Source: a virus. From it: a DNA stretch of 51,955 bases. A model generated the notes under the pieces. It was not told the DNA's origin and did no database searches. It saw only the letters and a list, made by a program, of their open reading frames with translations. The stretch is taken from positions 1 to 51,955 of the IMG/VR virus record IMGVR_UViG_3300037297_000097; one strand, 5' to 3'. The position numbers and the translations under genes were made by a program. Positions 1-8,666 of the stretch are shown here, piece by piece; within the stretch, counting starts at the first letter, position 1, and every line of letters begins with the position of its first letter.

Positions 1-127
1 GGCCGATCTGCGCGGGGCCAATCTGCACGACGGCCAGAACATATTGCAAATCGGCCCTGGCGGCTCATCAGGGCGCATGCTCTATGCCATCAGGCACGAC
101 GACGGGTTACGTATCAAAACCGGCTGC
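1..127. repeat. Exact 127-bp overlap with 51829..51955 (circular closure or terminal redundancy)
   Basis: Direct comparison: bases 1-127 are identical to 51829-51955; unit length 51,828 bp. Confidence 0.95.
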
Positions 128-256
128 TTCTGGGGCACTATCGACGAGTTCCGGGCGGCGGTTAATGAGAAGGCTGCCAATGATCCGCACCGACAATATT
201 ATACCGCTGTGTTGGCGCTGTTGCTGGTACAGCAGGCATTATGGGAAAATGAATGA
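1..256 (+). CDS. Pentapeptide-repeat protein, C-terminal part (5' part is 51233..51955)
   Basis: Same reading frame as the 51233 ORF once 51,828 is subtracted; track ORF 44..256 is its tail; stop TGA 254-256. Confidence 0.8.
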   Translation, partial: ADLRGANLHDGQNILQIGPGGSSGRMLYAIRHDDGLRIKTGCFWGTIDEFRAAVNEKAANDPHRQYYTAVLALLLVQQALWENE

Positions 257-474
257 TGACCAACAAACAAGCACCACCCGAAGATCTCGCCGCCTATATC
301 CGTGATCTGCCAACGCATGAGCGTCACGCGCTGGTGGCAAAACTGAATCGCCCACTTCGTACCTGGGGTGAAATGGTCTATTTTCCCAATGCCTCAAAAC
401 CGGTAGCTTATCGGTTACAATATTTTCAATGGCTTGTGAATACCTACATCCGAAACGATCAACCCCATGACTGA
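253..474 (+). CDS. Hypothetical protein, paralog of 51028..51240
   Basis: Shares the [17 protein letters not shown] motif with the 51028 product; ATG overlaps the upstream stop. Confidence 0.6.
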   Translation: MMTNKQAPPEDLAAYIRDLPTHERHALVAKLNRPLRTWGEMVYFPNASKPVAYRLQYFQWLVNTYIRNDQPHD

Positions 475-889
475 CATCGACAAGCTACGCGCCGACCTGA
501 AAGAAACGGAACGCAGACTGATGCTAACGCTTGAGGATATAGAATACATGGAGGGCGAGGTAGGCTTACGACGCTCCGATCAACGCTTTTATCAAAAACA
601 AATCACCGACCTGCGCTTTGCGATCCTGAGCGCTGTTCATGGCGTTGATCTGTTCGCGGGGGCGGAAGTGGTGATGACTGAGGCTATCCGTGAAAGGGCG
701 CTCACAGACGATCCTCAAGCCGCCATAGGTACAGAGTGGTGTATCGAAGCAATACATGAGAGTTTCGATGTTATGGAGATCAAACCACTGGAAGGACGGG
801 CGCGGGGTTATTTTAACGGAATGCCGCCCGCCCTAGTCGCCGATGCGCGACGGACGTGGCTTAAACAGCAGGAGGATAGCAATGGCTAG
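467..889 (+). CDS. Hypothetical protein
   Basis: ATGACTGA start/stop overlap with the upstream gene; 140-aa ORF with ordinary composition. Confidence 0.6.
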   Translation: MTDIDKLRADLKETERRLMLTLEDIEYMEGEVGLRRSDQRFYQKQITDLRFAILSAVHGVDLFAGAEVVMTEAIRERALTDDPQAAIGTEWCIEAIHESFDVMEIKPLEGRARGYFNGMPPALVADARRTWLKQQEDSNG

Positions 890-1136
890 TGATACGTTAG
901 TGGAAATCGAAAAGCTGCAAGACGAACTGGCGACGGCGCGGGAAATTCTCATCATATTCACGAGACCCGTGAATTGGAAAGATGTAGATGCCGCATGGCC
1001 CAAGTGCAGTTATTGCGGGCGCTATACCCGTTCGGGTAGCTATAACAATATCAAACATGATGCGACTTGCCCCATCACCCGCGCGTTAGCGTGGCTTAAG
1101 CAGCACACAGACGACAGCGCCAGCGACGGCGAATGA
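882..1136 (+). CDS. Small putative Zn-binding protein (CxxC...HxxxC family)
   Basis: Start moved from 843 to ATG 882 behind SD GGAGGA 871-876; motif CSYC...HDATC; paralogs at 7528 and 30794. Confidence 0.6.
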   Translation: MASDTLVEIEKLQDELATAREILIIFTRPVNWKDVDAAWPKCSYCGRYTRSGSYNNIKHDATCPITRALAWLKQHTDDSASDGE

Positions 1137-1144
1137 GGTGAACA

Positions 1145-2176
1145 ATGGCTAACGGAACGTGGGCACAGAAGCAAGGACAAGTTAACCGACGCAAACGGGA
1201 AGCCGACGAACTCGATGCACGGGTCATCGGCAATCTGAAACCGGCGACAACCGGTTTCCCGCCAGAGCCGGAACAGACGAAGGTGAAAGGAATTGTGATA
1301 CCTATGAATGAAATTAAACCAGCACCCAAATTTACACGCGAAGAAATCCAGCAACTTTACGCACCATTCCCCCTGGAAGCCCACGACATCCGAGAAGGCT
1401 ACCGCACCAGCAACGGTAAAATCCGGTGGTTTGTCTACCTGAGTCGTAACGCCATTCAGCGCCGCCTTGACGAATTGTTTCCCGGTGAGTGGGAGTTTGT
1501 ACCCGGCGAACGTCACCAGACTGATACCCACGTCACCTATTCGGCCACGTTGATTATTCGCGGCATGAAGCGTGGATTCAACGGTGCATCAGACCCGGCC
1601 ACACGATGGGACGGGCCAAAAGGCAACAAAGAGCAAGTTACTGTTTTCAACGCCGATGTTGAAAAAGGCGCAATGACCGATACTTTCCGCCGGGTTGCTA
1701 GCCTCTGGGGATTGGGTGATTATCTCTATGATAGCGTCATGATCCATACCGCAGGCTATGAGCGCGGTCAATGGGACGATCAACGGGCGCGTGAAGTCGA
1801 TGCCAAAAAACAATTTGCGAATTGGTATAACGGATTGCCGCAAGGTAAATCCGCTGCTGAGACTCCCGCAGAAAATACCCCCACGCCGCCACAGACGCCC
1901 GAACCTGAAGCGCAGCAACCGAAAAGCCGCCAGGATACCAGTAACGCTGCAAAAACGCCAGAATGGTTTACGCCTCTGGTCACAATCATGAAGAAATGGC
2001 CGCACTTCGCAGATGGCAAAAAAGGCGCGGCCATCACCAAGCACGTTATCCATGCGCTCAACGCCATGCTGGAATCGGGCGAGTTATCATCGGATATGTC
2101 GCAAGCCGCCGCGCTTGAGATGGCAACGGCGAAATACAATTCACCCATTCAAGTAGAAGATGACGTGCAATTCTAA
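1145..2176 (+). CDS. Rad52/Rad22-like single-strand annealing protein
   Basis: RRLDELFPGEWEF and KGAMTDTFRRVASLWGLGDYLYD match the Rad52-family signature; Pro/Thr/Glu-rich C-terminal tail. Confidence 0.75.
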   Translation: MANGTWAQKQGQVNRRKREADELDARVIGNLKPATTGFPPEPEQTKVKGIVIPMNEIKPAPKFTREEIQQLYAPFPLEAHDIREGYRTSNGKIRWFVYLSRNAIQRRLDELFPGEWEFVPGERHQTDTHVTYSATLIIRGMKRGFNGASDPATRWDGPKGNKEQVTVFNADVEKGAMTDTFRRVASLWGLGDYLYDSVMIHTAGYERGQWDDQRAREVDAKKQFANWYNGLPQGKSAAETPAENTPTPPQTPEPEAQQPKSRQDTSNAAKTPEWFTPLVTIMKKWPHFADGKKGAAITKHVIHALNAMLESGELSSDMSQAAALEMATAKYNSPIQVEDDVQF

Positions 2177-2254
2177 CCCGTCAACCCGCCCGGCGGCGTC
2201 CGGTCTATGGGGGCTGGGGCCGCCGGGGTGTGGTGTAGTGAAAGAAGTCAAGCA

Positions 2255-2548
2255 ATGGACATCCAAAAACGTGTAGGTAAGGCCATCAAATTGTGTCGCA
2301 CATGGCGCGGCTATAGTCAAACGGAACTGGCAATCCTGGCGAAAATATCCGTTAGCTACCTGTCGCTACTAGAACGCGGCAAACGGGACGCACCCATCTC
2401 GACGCTTTGTAAACTATCTACTGCATTGAATGTGTCCATGATAGTTATCATGTTTTTAGCCAATAGCGACGATGACCAGTTGCCTGCTGACGTGCGCGAA
2501 AAATTGGCACATATCACAATTCAGATCGTTAACCATCAGGAGTCATAA
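2255..2548 (+). CDS. XRE-family helix-turn-helix transcriptional regulator
   Basis: YSQTELAILAKISVSYLSLLERGKR is a classic Cro/C1-type HTH; start moved from 2207 to ATG 2255. Confidence 0.75.
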   Translation: MDIQKRVGKAIKLCRTWRGYSQTELAILAKISVSYLSLLERGKRDAPISTLCKLSTALNVSMIVIMFLANSDDDQLPADVREKLAHITIQIVNHQES

Positions 2549-2550
2549 CC

Positions 2551-3270
2551 ATGCAGTACACAGAGAAACACGTATGGGACATTTTTCTTGGTCGTAAGAC
2601 GATGACGCGACGTGTCGTGAAATGGCATGATAGCGCCGATGGTCGATATGTTCATTGTTATCATGGCGATGGTTTTTGCCGATTGGCACATGAGCCTAGT
2701 GAGCCAGCAATCCAGGCAGATGAGGGAAGTATTGAATGTGCTCATCATGGCATAGATTATGGGTGTATAGGGCAATTAAAAACCATCACCTCTGTTAAAG
2801 TTGATGGTGGCAATCTCAAATGGCGCGTGGGCAACGATTACGCCGTCGTGCCCGGACGCGGTAAACCCGCCGCCATGTGGCGCGGTGACGAACTGGCGCT
2901 GTGGGACAAGTCAATCGGTATGCCGGGGTGTGTCTGGAAGACGCAGCGCCTTGCCGACGGCTGGCGCGAACTGCGCCATGTCATCACAGAGATACGCCGG
3001 GAACCGTTGCAGGCAATCAGTGGATCCGATGCGATTGCAGAGGGATGTGAGCCACTTAGATGTCCTACATGTGGAGGGTACGGATGGGTTACATACGATA
3101 TGGTGGAGCATGATAAAATCACCTGTTCTCAATGCGCGGGATATGGTTCGATTGCGCCAGCAACCTATGTTTTCGAGGGCCTCTGGAACTCCATCAACAG
3201 CAAGCCGCCGCATCGATGGGAAGACAATCCAGACGTATGGGTCATCCGCTTCGAGGTGGTGCGGGCATAG
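2551..3270 (+). CDS. ASCH (PUA-like) domain protein with inserted DnaJ-type CxxCxGxG zinc finger
   Basis: N-terminal GRKTMTRR and C-terminal NPDVWVIRFEVV are ASCH-like; CPTCGGYG and CSQCAGYG motifs sit between them. Confidence 0.6.
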   Translation: MQYTEKHVWDIFLGRKTMTRRVVKWHDSADGRYVHCYHGDGFCRLAHEPSEPAIQADEGSIECAHHGIDYGCIGQLKTITSVKVDGGNLKWRVGNDYAVVPGRGKPAAMWRGDELALWDKSIGMPGCVWKTQRLADGWRELRHVITEIRREPLQAISGSDAIAEGCEPLRCPTCGGYGWVTYDMVEHDKITCSQCAGYGSIAPATYVFEGLWNSINSKPPHRWEDNPDVWVIRFEVVRA

Positions 3271-3333
3271 CCTACAGTCGCGCGGCTGGCGGCGGGTATG
3301 AGGATGGTGATTCTGTAAGCATAAGAGGAAAAC

Positions 3334-3852
3334 ATGAATGAGAGTATCTTGGCACTATTGCCGACTGATAGATATACACAATTCGAGATATACAAGGGGT
3401 TACAAGAACGCTGGCCTCAAATCAATGACCAAACTCGTGTATCACTAACTGACCAACGATCTGTCTACATTAGCGAGCCTGTTGACTTTAACATTGCTAC
3501 ACAAGAAATACCCCTCAGTGGTTGGCAACGATTTAAGCGTGTGTTGTTCCCCTGGTCATGGGAAGACATGAGCAACCCACGAGATCGTGCTGCTTATGCG
3601 CGACGCCTATGGAAGGCATTGGTAACTATTCCTGTGCCCCGATTCTGGCGTATTGCGGGGCATTTGACAAACAATGATCGATGGATACGACGCGGCATGA
3701 CATTGGAGCCTAGTATGCCTGCGTCAGCACTGGGGAATACGGAGCAAATTGATCTCATTCAATTTGGCTATATGGACAATAATGGGTATACCTGGACATG
3801 CGCTTGCGGATATCACGTGGCAACAGATACATTGTACTGGCGACGATTGTAG
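3334..3852 (+). CDS. Hypothetical protein
   Basis: 172-aa ORF with SD AGAGGAAAA upstream. Confidence 0.55.
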   Translation: MNESILALLPTDRYTQFEIYKGLQERWPQINDQTRVSLTDQRSVYISEPVDFNIATQEIPLSGWQRFKRVLFPWSWEDMSNPRDRAAYARRLWKALVTIPVPRFWRIAGHLTNNDRWIRRGMTLEPSMPASALGNTEQIDLIQFGYMDNNGYTWTCACGYHVATDTLYWRRL

Positions 3853-3870
3853 CTTGTGATAACGGGATTG

Positions 3871-3895
3871 CCCCCCAATCATTAGGGGGTTTTCT
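3871..3895 (+). terminator. Putative intrinsic terminator (CCCCCCAATCATTAGGGGG plus TTTTCT)
   Basis: 5-6 bp G:C stem followed by a T-run, directly after the stop at 3852. Confidence 0.5.
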
Positions 3896-3897
3896 GC

Positions 3898-3926
3898 TTG
3901 ACACAAAACGCATATCCGCATATAAT
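3898..3926 (+). promoter_or_regulatory. Sigma70-type promoter with consensus -35 and -10
   Basis: TTGACA 3898-3903, 17-nt spacer, TATAAT 3921-3926. Confidence 0.65.
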
Positions 3927-3988
3927 AGGAACATAGCAAACAAACAAAAACCCGGTTGCAGCCGGGTTGATGCAAAAAGAGGATTGAA

Positions 3989-4258
3989 ATGTTTCACAAC
4001 CAGAGTACCACAACTGTTTACGAAATGTCAAGCGAATTGTTGGAAACCATGACCCGTGAAGCCAGCAGCATCGATGACAACAGCGTTGCCAAAATCACCA
4101 GCTACGCAGTGATGGCAAGCGACGGCGCGGTAGTCATGATCCGGGTGTTGGTGACAATCGCACTCGACATCGTATACCAACTGATGAGCTACGACGGGTT
4201 TTTCGCCACCGAACGGTTAGACCGCGCCGCCAAAGCGCTGGCGCTGGCAGTGAGCTAG
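3989..4258 (+). CDS. Hypothetical protein
   Basis: SD GAGGA upstream; 89-aa ORF. Confidence 0.5.
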   Translation: MFHNQSTTTVYEMSSELLETMTREASSIDDNSVAKITSYAVMASDGAVVMIRVLVTIALDIVYQLMSYDGFFATERLDRAAKALALAVS

Positions 4259-4269
4259 GAGGAATTGAG

Positions 4270-5226
4270 ATGAGTTATTATCGCTTCGAAGTGCAAAACG
4301 GGCCAGACAAATGGACACAGGTCAAATACGTTGACTATGATCGCCGCAAAGCCGAACGGCTGGCGATCAAGTACAGCAAGCAGTTTTCCGGCGTGAGCCT
4401 GCGTATCAGCGAGAGGCGACGCTATACCCAGACCGTTGACCCTCAATACGCCTACTATGTCGGCGGCGCGAAAGTTGATGCGCCAGCGCCCTACGAACCG
4501 TTTGAAGCCTTCATTCATGAATGGCTCGGCGAGGATATATTCGACGACTACCGCAAGGGGACGTATAACGATCCTGTCAGCCTGGACATGCACAAAGCCA
4601 AGCAGGGACGCTATGCTGAGGGCATATTCCGGGTGACGTACCAGGACGGTTCTGTGTCCTATTACCAGGGCGCGGTTGCCAAAGCGCGGCGCGAGATCAG
4701 CGCGGAGGCGTTCGCCGAGATGGTTGAGCGCGACAAGAAGATTAAGGCCGAGCGCCGCGAACGGGATCGGCACAAGTTGGCAAGCAACCTGAAAAACCCA
4801 CAGCAACGTATGAAGATTCTTGGAGCCGGTACGAGGTTTAGCCCCTTCGGCGGCGTTCTGGAACACAGCGATACCGTTGCGCTGTGGGAAAAACTCAACG
4901 CCCTGGCCTACGAATTGGAAAACCTTCCGGGCGGTGAGTTCAAAGCGGTTTGCGCCGCGATCCGCGCCGGGGTTGAGACTGACGATCTGGAGGAGATGGA
5001 TACGCCAGAAGAAGATGAAGCCACAACCGATCCCTACTCGCCTGCGCCGAACCCCGATTGGGTTTGCAATCGACTGCCAGATGGGTGGACAGGAGGCCCG
5101 ACGACTACCCTGTCTTTTGTGAAGGCATTCCGGGCATATCATCACTGCGAACTGCGCGAAGCCGTTAACACCTGGAACCATCTTCAGGCGCACCGCAGTG
5201 AGACAAGTGAGGCAAACCAATCATGA
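4270..5226 (+). CDS. Hypothetical protein
   Basis: Strong SD TAGGAGGAATTGAG before ATG 4270; ordinary composition, unlike the mirror ORF on the minus strand. Confidence 0.65.
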   Translation: MSYYRFEVQNGPDKWTQVKYVDYDRRKAERLAIKYSKQFSGVSLRISERRRYTQTVDPQYAYYVGGAKVDAPAPYEPFEAFIHEWLGEDIFDDYRKGTYNDPVSLDMHKAKQGRYAEGIFRVTYQDGSVSYYQGAVAKARREISAEAFAEMVERDKKIKAERRERDRHKLASNLKNPQQRMKILGAGTRFSPFGGVLEHSDTVALWEKLNALAYELENLPGGEFKAVCAAIRAGVETDDLEEMDTPEEDEATTDPYSPAPNPDWVCNRLPDGWTGGPTTTLSFVKAFRAYHHCELREAVNTWNHLQAHRSETSEANQS

Positions 5227-5432
5227 CCGATGACACGAGCGAAAAAACCAACACCCGAATCACCATCGCACTGACTGATGAGCAGTCCGAAATATTTCAC
5301 CGCGAAGTGCCGGGCAACAAGTCGGTTTTCATCCGGCGTCTGATTGCCAACCATTTCATGGCGCGGGCGATTGCCTGGCCGGAGTGGAAAGATGGGCGCC
5401 GGACACGGCATGAGAAGCAGGAGAGTGAATAA
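5223..5432 (+). CDS. Ribbon-helix-helix (CopG/Arc-like) DNA-binding protein
   Basis: TRITIALTDEQSEIF...SVFIRRLIANHF fits the RHH beta-alpha-alpha pattern; ATGA overlap with the upstream stop. Confidence 0.55.
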   Translation: MTDDTSEKTNTRITIALTDEQSEIFHREVPGNKSVFIRRLIANHFMARAIAWPEWKDGRRTRHEKQESE

Positions 5433-5433
5433 C

Positions 5434-5967
5434 ATGACCGATCCAACCATTTACGCAGATCAACACGACGCCAACGCCGCGCAGCATGAGCGCGATACAG
5501 CGCTTGCCAATCATCCGGCGTGGGCGCAAATCGAGGCGCTCCGCAAACAGCTACCGACGCCCACCTGCCGTCTGTCACGGTACACCAGTGCACGGCTGGC
5601 ACGAATGTACTGGCAAGCTGAGCGCGTGCTTGATCTGGCGCGGAATATCGCAAACGCCTATGTACCACAACCGATCAAATTCGCTGTGACCGATTTACGT
5701 CGCGATGCCCGGCGGGTTATCGAGAACATCAACGCATTTTTTGAGGATAGCCATGACAACGGGCGGCGCGAAGATTGGGCATGGAATGAGCGCTATAAGA
5801 TGTGGTTCCAGCCCGACGCCGAGCGCCAAGCCGACTATTTCTACCGTCGCCAAGACGAAGTAGAGCATAAATGGTGGCTAGAGCATATGGCCGCCATGCC
5901 CCCGCGTACACGTCAACTGGAACTGGCCTTTGACCGCGCCGACGAATTGATGGAGGATCGACTGTGA
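5434..5967 (+). CDS. Hypothetical protein
   Basis: Start moved from 5344 to ATG 5434 behind SD AGGAGAG. Confidence 0.55.
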   Translation: MTDPTIYADQHDANAAQHERDTALANHPAWAQIEALRKQLPTPTCRLSRYTSARLARMYWQAERVLDLARNIANAYVPQPIKFAVTDLRRDARRVIENINAFFEDSHDNGRREDWAWNERYKMWFQPDAERQADYFYRRQDEVEHKWWLEHMAAMPPRTRQLELAFDRADELMEDRL

Positions 5968-6338
5968 ACACAACCACCATTTTTGACTACCCGGAAGGCC
6001 GCGACTACGAGTCATCAATCCATGATTACGAACGCGCCATCTATCGCCTGCACGTGGCACGGGAATACGGGTTTGATGTCACGCGGTTGAAGGCGAATCA
6101 TTTCGCCCTGTTCATCGACCTGAAAAGCCACTGGGATTATGAAGACGTGGCCGATCATCTAGAGTTGAAACTCGACACCGCCGACGCTGCAATGATCCGC
6201 GCTGGCAACGCATTGCGAAACCGCCTCATCAAGTCCGCCATCATGCACCCCGACGCCGCACGGGAACGGGTTATTGATTTCAGTCTGATGATTGGTGAAC
6301 AGGCACAACGCCGGTTACGGAAAGGGGCAACCCGATGA
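5964..6338 (+). CDS. Hypothetical protein
   Basis: GTG start overlapping the upstream stop; 124-aa ORF. Confidence 0.5.
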   Translation: MNTTTIFDYPEGRDYESSIHDYERAIYRLHVAREYGFDVTRLKANHFALFIDLKSHWDYEDVADHLELKLDTADAAMIRAGNALRNRLIKSAIMHPDAARERVIDFSLMIGEQAQRRLRKGATR

Positions 6339-6402
6339 CTGACACCCCGGAAGTCGCCATTAACGCCGCGTGGGAAGCGTGGCAGAAAGCGCAGGAAAGC
6401 TG

Positions 6403-7014
6403 ATGGCAAAGATACCCGATGGGTTTGTGCAGATTCCCGATTATCCACAGTATTTTATCAATGCTGATGGAGTCGTTTTGTCCACACACTACAAGCAGCC
6501 ACGTTCACTAACGCCTATACAAAATAGGGGATTTTGGTCAGTGTCACTTGTCAGAAACAAGCGCCCCAAAACCCATTATATTCACCGCTTGGTGGCTTCT
6601 ATTTTTTTGGAGCCAGCACCTTACCCAACGGCAAAGGTTGGTTTCATTGATGGCAATTCCAACCATTACTATGTTGGCAATTTGGAATGGATGATAGAAC
6701 GAACCCAACCACGATTTCAGTTATTGACCAGACAACAAGCCGCCGCTATATGGTTTCGTGTGCGCCGGGGCGAGATACAGGCTGATTTGGCAAAGGAATA
6801 TGGTGTTAATCCATCAACGATCTGCAATATTTGGAAAGGTCACATTCATAAGGCCCCACGACGGAAACTTTCTTCTGTGCAAGAACGCGCTGTTTATGAA
6901 CAGATTAGAAACGGTGCAACGTTGCGGGAAATAGCTCAGAAATATAATGTATCAATCTCCGTAATCCAACGAGTTATGATGCATCAAATTCATAAGGAGT
7001 CCCAAGCGGAATGA
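6403..7014 (+). CDS. HNH homing endonuclease (NUMOD4-like N-terminus, HNH_3-like core, C-terminal HTH)
   Basis: IPDYPQYFINADGVV, HRLVASIF and DGNSNHYYVGNLEW motifs; two HTH-like segments at the C-terminus; visibly AT-richer than its flanks. Confidence 0.75.
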   Translation: MAKIPDGFVQIPDYPQYFINADGVVLSTHYKQPRSLTPIQNRGFWSVSLVRNKRPKTHYIHRLVASIFLEPAPYPTAKVGFIDGNSNHYYVGNLEWMIERTQPRFQLLTRQQAAAIWFRVRRGEIQADLAKEYGVNPSTICNIWKGHIHKAPRRKLSSVQERAVYEQIRNGATLREIAQKYNVSISVIQRVMMHQIHKESQAE

Positions 7015-7110
7015 ACACCCGCCGTCATCACCAGCGCCACCGACGTAACACGCCACAGCATCCCGTCTGGCGTCGGCGTTCGCATACGTATAAGACTAGG
7101 AGAATAGAAC

Positions 7111-7317
7111 ATGGAACAGCGTTACGTTTTGGAAATGGTACAGCGCGGGAACAATACACCTATCGCATGGAGCAGAAACAAACCCTGGCTGGATTACGTT
7201 GCCGAGCAAAAGACCCGGCGCTTCGATGGATCATTCCAGGTGCGGCCTATGCGCGACGGCGAAACCAACATTCCGCGCGTGGGGGCAACGGTCAAGATCG
7301 TTCCAAATCAGAATTGA
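7111..7317 (+). CDS. Hypothetical protein
   Basis: SD TAGGAGAA before ATG 7111. Confidence 0.55.
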   Translation: MEQRYVLEMVQRGNNTPIAWSRNKPWLDYVAEQKTRRFDGSFQVRPMRDGETNIPRVGATVKIVPNQN

Positions 7318-7527
7318 AGCCGGTACAGGGCTGCAAGACCATCACGGAATGTTACCCGATTGACATGTTTGTGTATACCAAATACGGGCGTGGTACAATT
7401 GCAGCCCACCATCGGTTAATGAGCGGTGCAATCTGGATACAGGTACGACTCACTGACATGCGTATACCAACAACAGTAGGGTGTGGCGCGGGGGATTTGC
7501 GTCCTATACCCGTATGAGAGGAAATCT

Positions 7528-7815
7528 ATGAGCGAAAACGAAAAACGATTGTTACACGATGCCATCGATCCGCTGCCACGCGGCATACGCACCGACGCGG
7601 ACGAACTAGTCAAGCTGCGGCTGGCGGTGGCTGAGGCGCGGAAGATAATGGTCGATTTGACCGCCCGGTATGGCTGGGAAAACCAACTAAACCCGATACA
7701 ATGTAGTTTTTGCCGATATGAAGTTCACCCGATTAAGCAAACAACACACGCCCCCGATTGCCCCGTCGCCCGCGCCGAACGCTGGCTGGCGGCGAATAGT
7801 GAGGATGAGTCATGA
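7528..7815 (+). CDS. Small putative Zn-binding protein (CxxC...HxxxC family)
   Basis: Start moved from 7483 to ATG 7528 behind SD GAGAGGA; motif CSFC...HAPDC; paralog of 882..1136. Confidence 0.6.
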   Translation: MSENEKRLLHDAIDPLPRGIRTDADELVKLRLAVAEARKIMVDLTARYGWENQLNPIQCSFCRYEVHPIKQTTHAPDCPVARAERWLAANSEDES

Positions 7816-8177
7816 ATGAAGATTGGCAAGCAAAGTATAAAGCATTGCACCAGGTCGTGTTGAATTTTGCCATTGCCTATGATTTTGAGGGATGGATTAA
7901 AGAAGGCGTGACGAATGGTGACGATGCTGATATGACCGTATTCTTGCAAGCGATCATGGATATACTTGGTAATCCCAAAATTCCCGCCGGATTACGCATC
8001 GCGCGGGACACTGAAATTATGGGCAGTCATGCAAAGGTCGCTGTTCTGGCCCACTTTCCAGATTATCCAGGACGGCGCGGCGATGGCCGTAATTGCTGGT
8101 GTCAACCGCTCGATGGCACGGGCTGGGGTTGGTGGGCCTCAGAAGAGGAACTCGAATTTACAGGGGAAATCACATGA
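7812..8177 (+). CDS. Hypothetical protein
   Basis: ATGA overlap with the upstream stop; 121-aa ORF. Confidence 0.55.
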   Translation: MNEDWQAKYKALHQVVLNFAIAYDFEGWIKEGVTNGDDADMTVFLQAIMDILGNPKIPAGLRIARDTEIMGSHAKVAVLAHFPDYPGRRGDGRNCWCQPLDGTGWGWWASEEELEFTGEIT

Positions 8178-8347
8178 CCAACTGGCAAGCCAATCTTTTT
8201 CTCGGCATCCCCGCGCTGCTCATGATCGCCATTGCCGTCCGCCACCTACTACGCGGTGAATACTGGTATGCTGCTGTGGCGCTATTCGTGGCGGCGGTCT
8301 GGTGTGTGCTGCTGGTGTTGGCGTGGGCGCTGACGGGAACGACGTAG
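8174..8347 (+). CDS. Small membrane protein with two TM helices
   Basis: Start moved from 8093 to ATG 8174 (ATGA overlap); hydrophobic stretches LFLGIPALLMIAIAV and AAVALFVAAVWCVLLVLAWAL. Confidence 0.55.
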   Translation: MTNWQANLFLGIPALLMIAIAVRHLLRGEYWYAAVALFVAAVWCVLLVLAWALTGTT

Positions 8348-8395
8348 GGTAACTACAGAGACATCCGGTGAGACGTAGTGAAGAGGTGAGGTTCT

Positions 8396-8626
8396 ATGAA
8401 CATTGAAATAGGTCACATTTACTGGACAAACCTAAGTCAACCTGGCGGCCCAGTTCGTGTTCTCAAAATTGAACCGGAATGGAGCGGGCACGGGCGACCT
8501 ACTGCATACATAGAACATGTGACCGATCACCCCTATGGTTACGAAAAAGGCACACGTGGTTGGTATTATCTGGAAGAATTGCGCGAATTAACACCAGATG
8601 AAATCGCAACACTTGATATGTCGTGA
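8396..8626 (+). CDS. Hypothetical protein
   Basis: ATG preceded by a family A junction repeat containing the SD. Confidence 0.55.
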   Translation: MNIEIGHIYWTNLSQPGGPVRVLKIEPEWSGHGRPTAYIEHVTDHPYGYEKGTRGWYYLEELRELTPDEIATLDMS

Positions 8627-8666
8627 CAAGCGCCAGTCGGTGAGGCGTAGTGAAGGAGTGCGAGGG

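Noticed and set aside
1-127. The terminal duplication as a biological direct terminal repeat
   Set aside because: It is exactly 127 bp, falls inside a gene and lies within a repeat-rich region. It is more consistent with circular assembly overlap and cannot be distinguished without read data.
4255-5220. 321-aa minus-strand ORF mirroring 4270..5226
   Set aside because: It has no SD and an Arg/Gly/Cys-rich composition. The plus-strand ORF has a strong SD (TAGGAGGA), ordinary composition, and is coupled to its downstream gene.
7011-7517. 168-aa ORF overlapping 7111..7317
   Set aside because: The N-terminal part is Arg/His-rich and has no SD, while the internal 7111 gene has a good SD. At most the last ~50 codons (from ATG 7366) might be a real small gene, and I could not support that.
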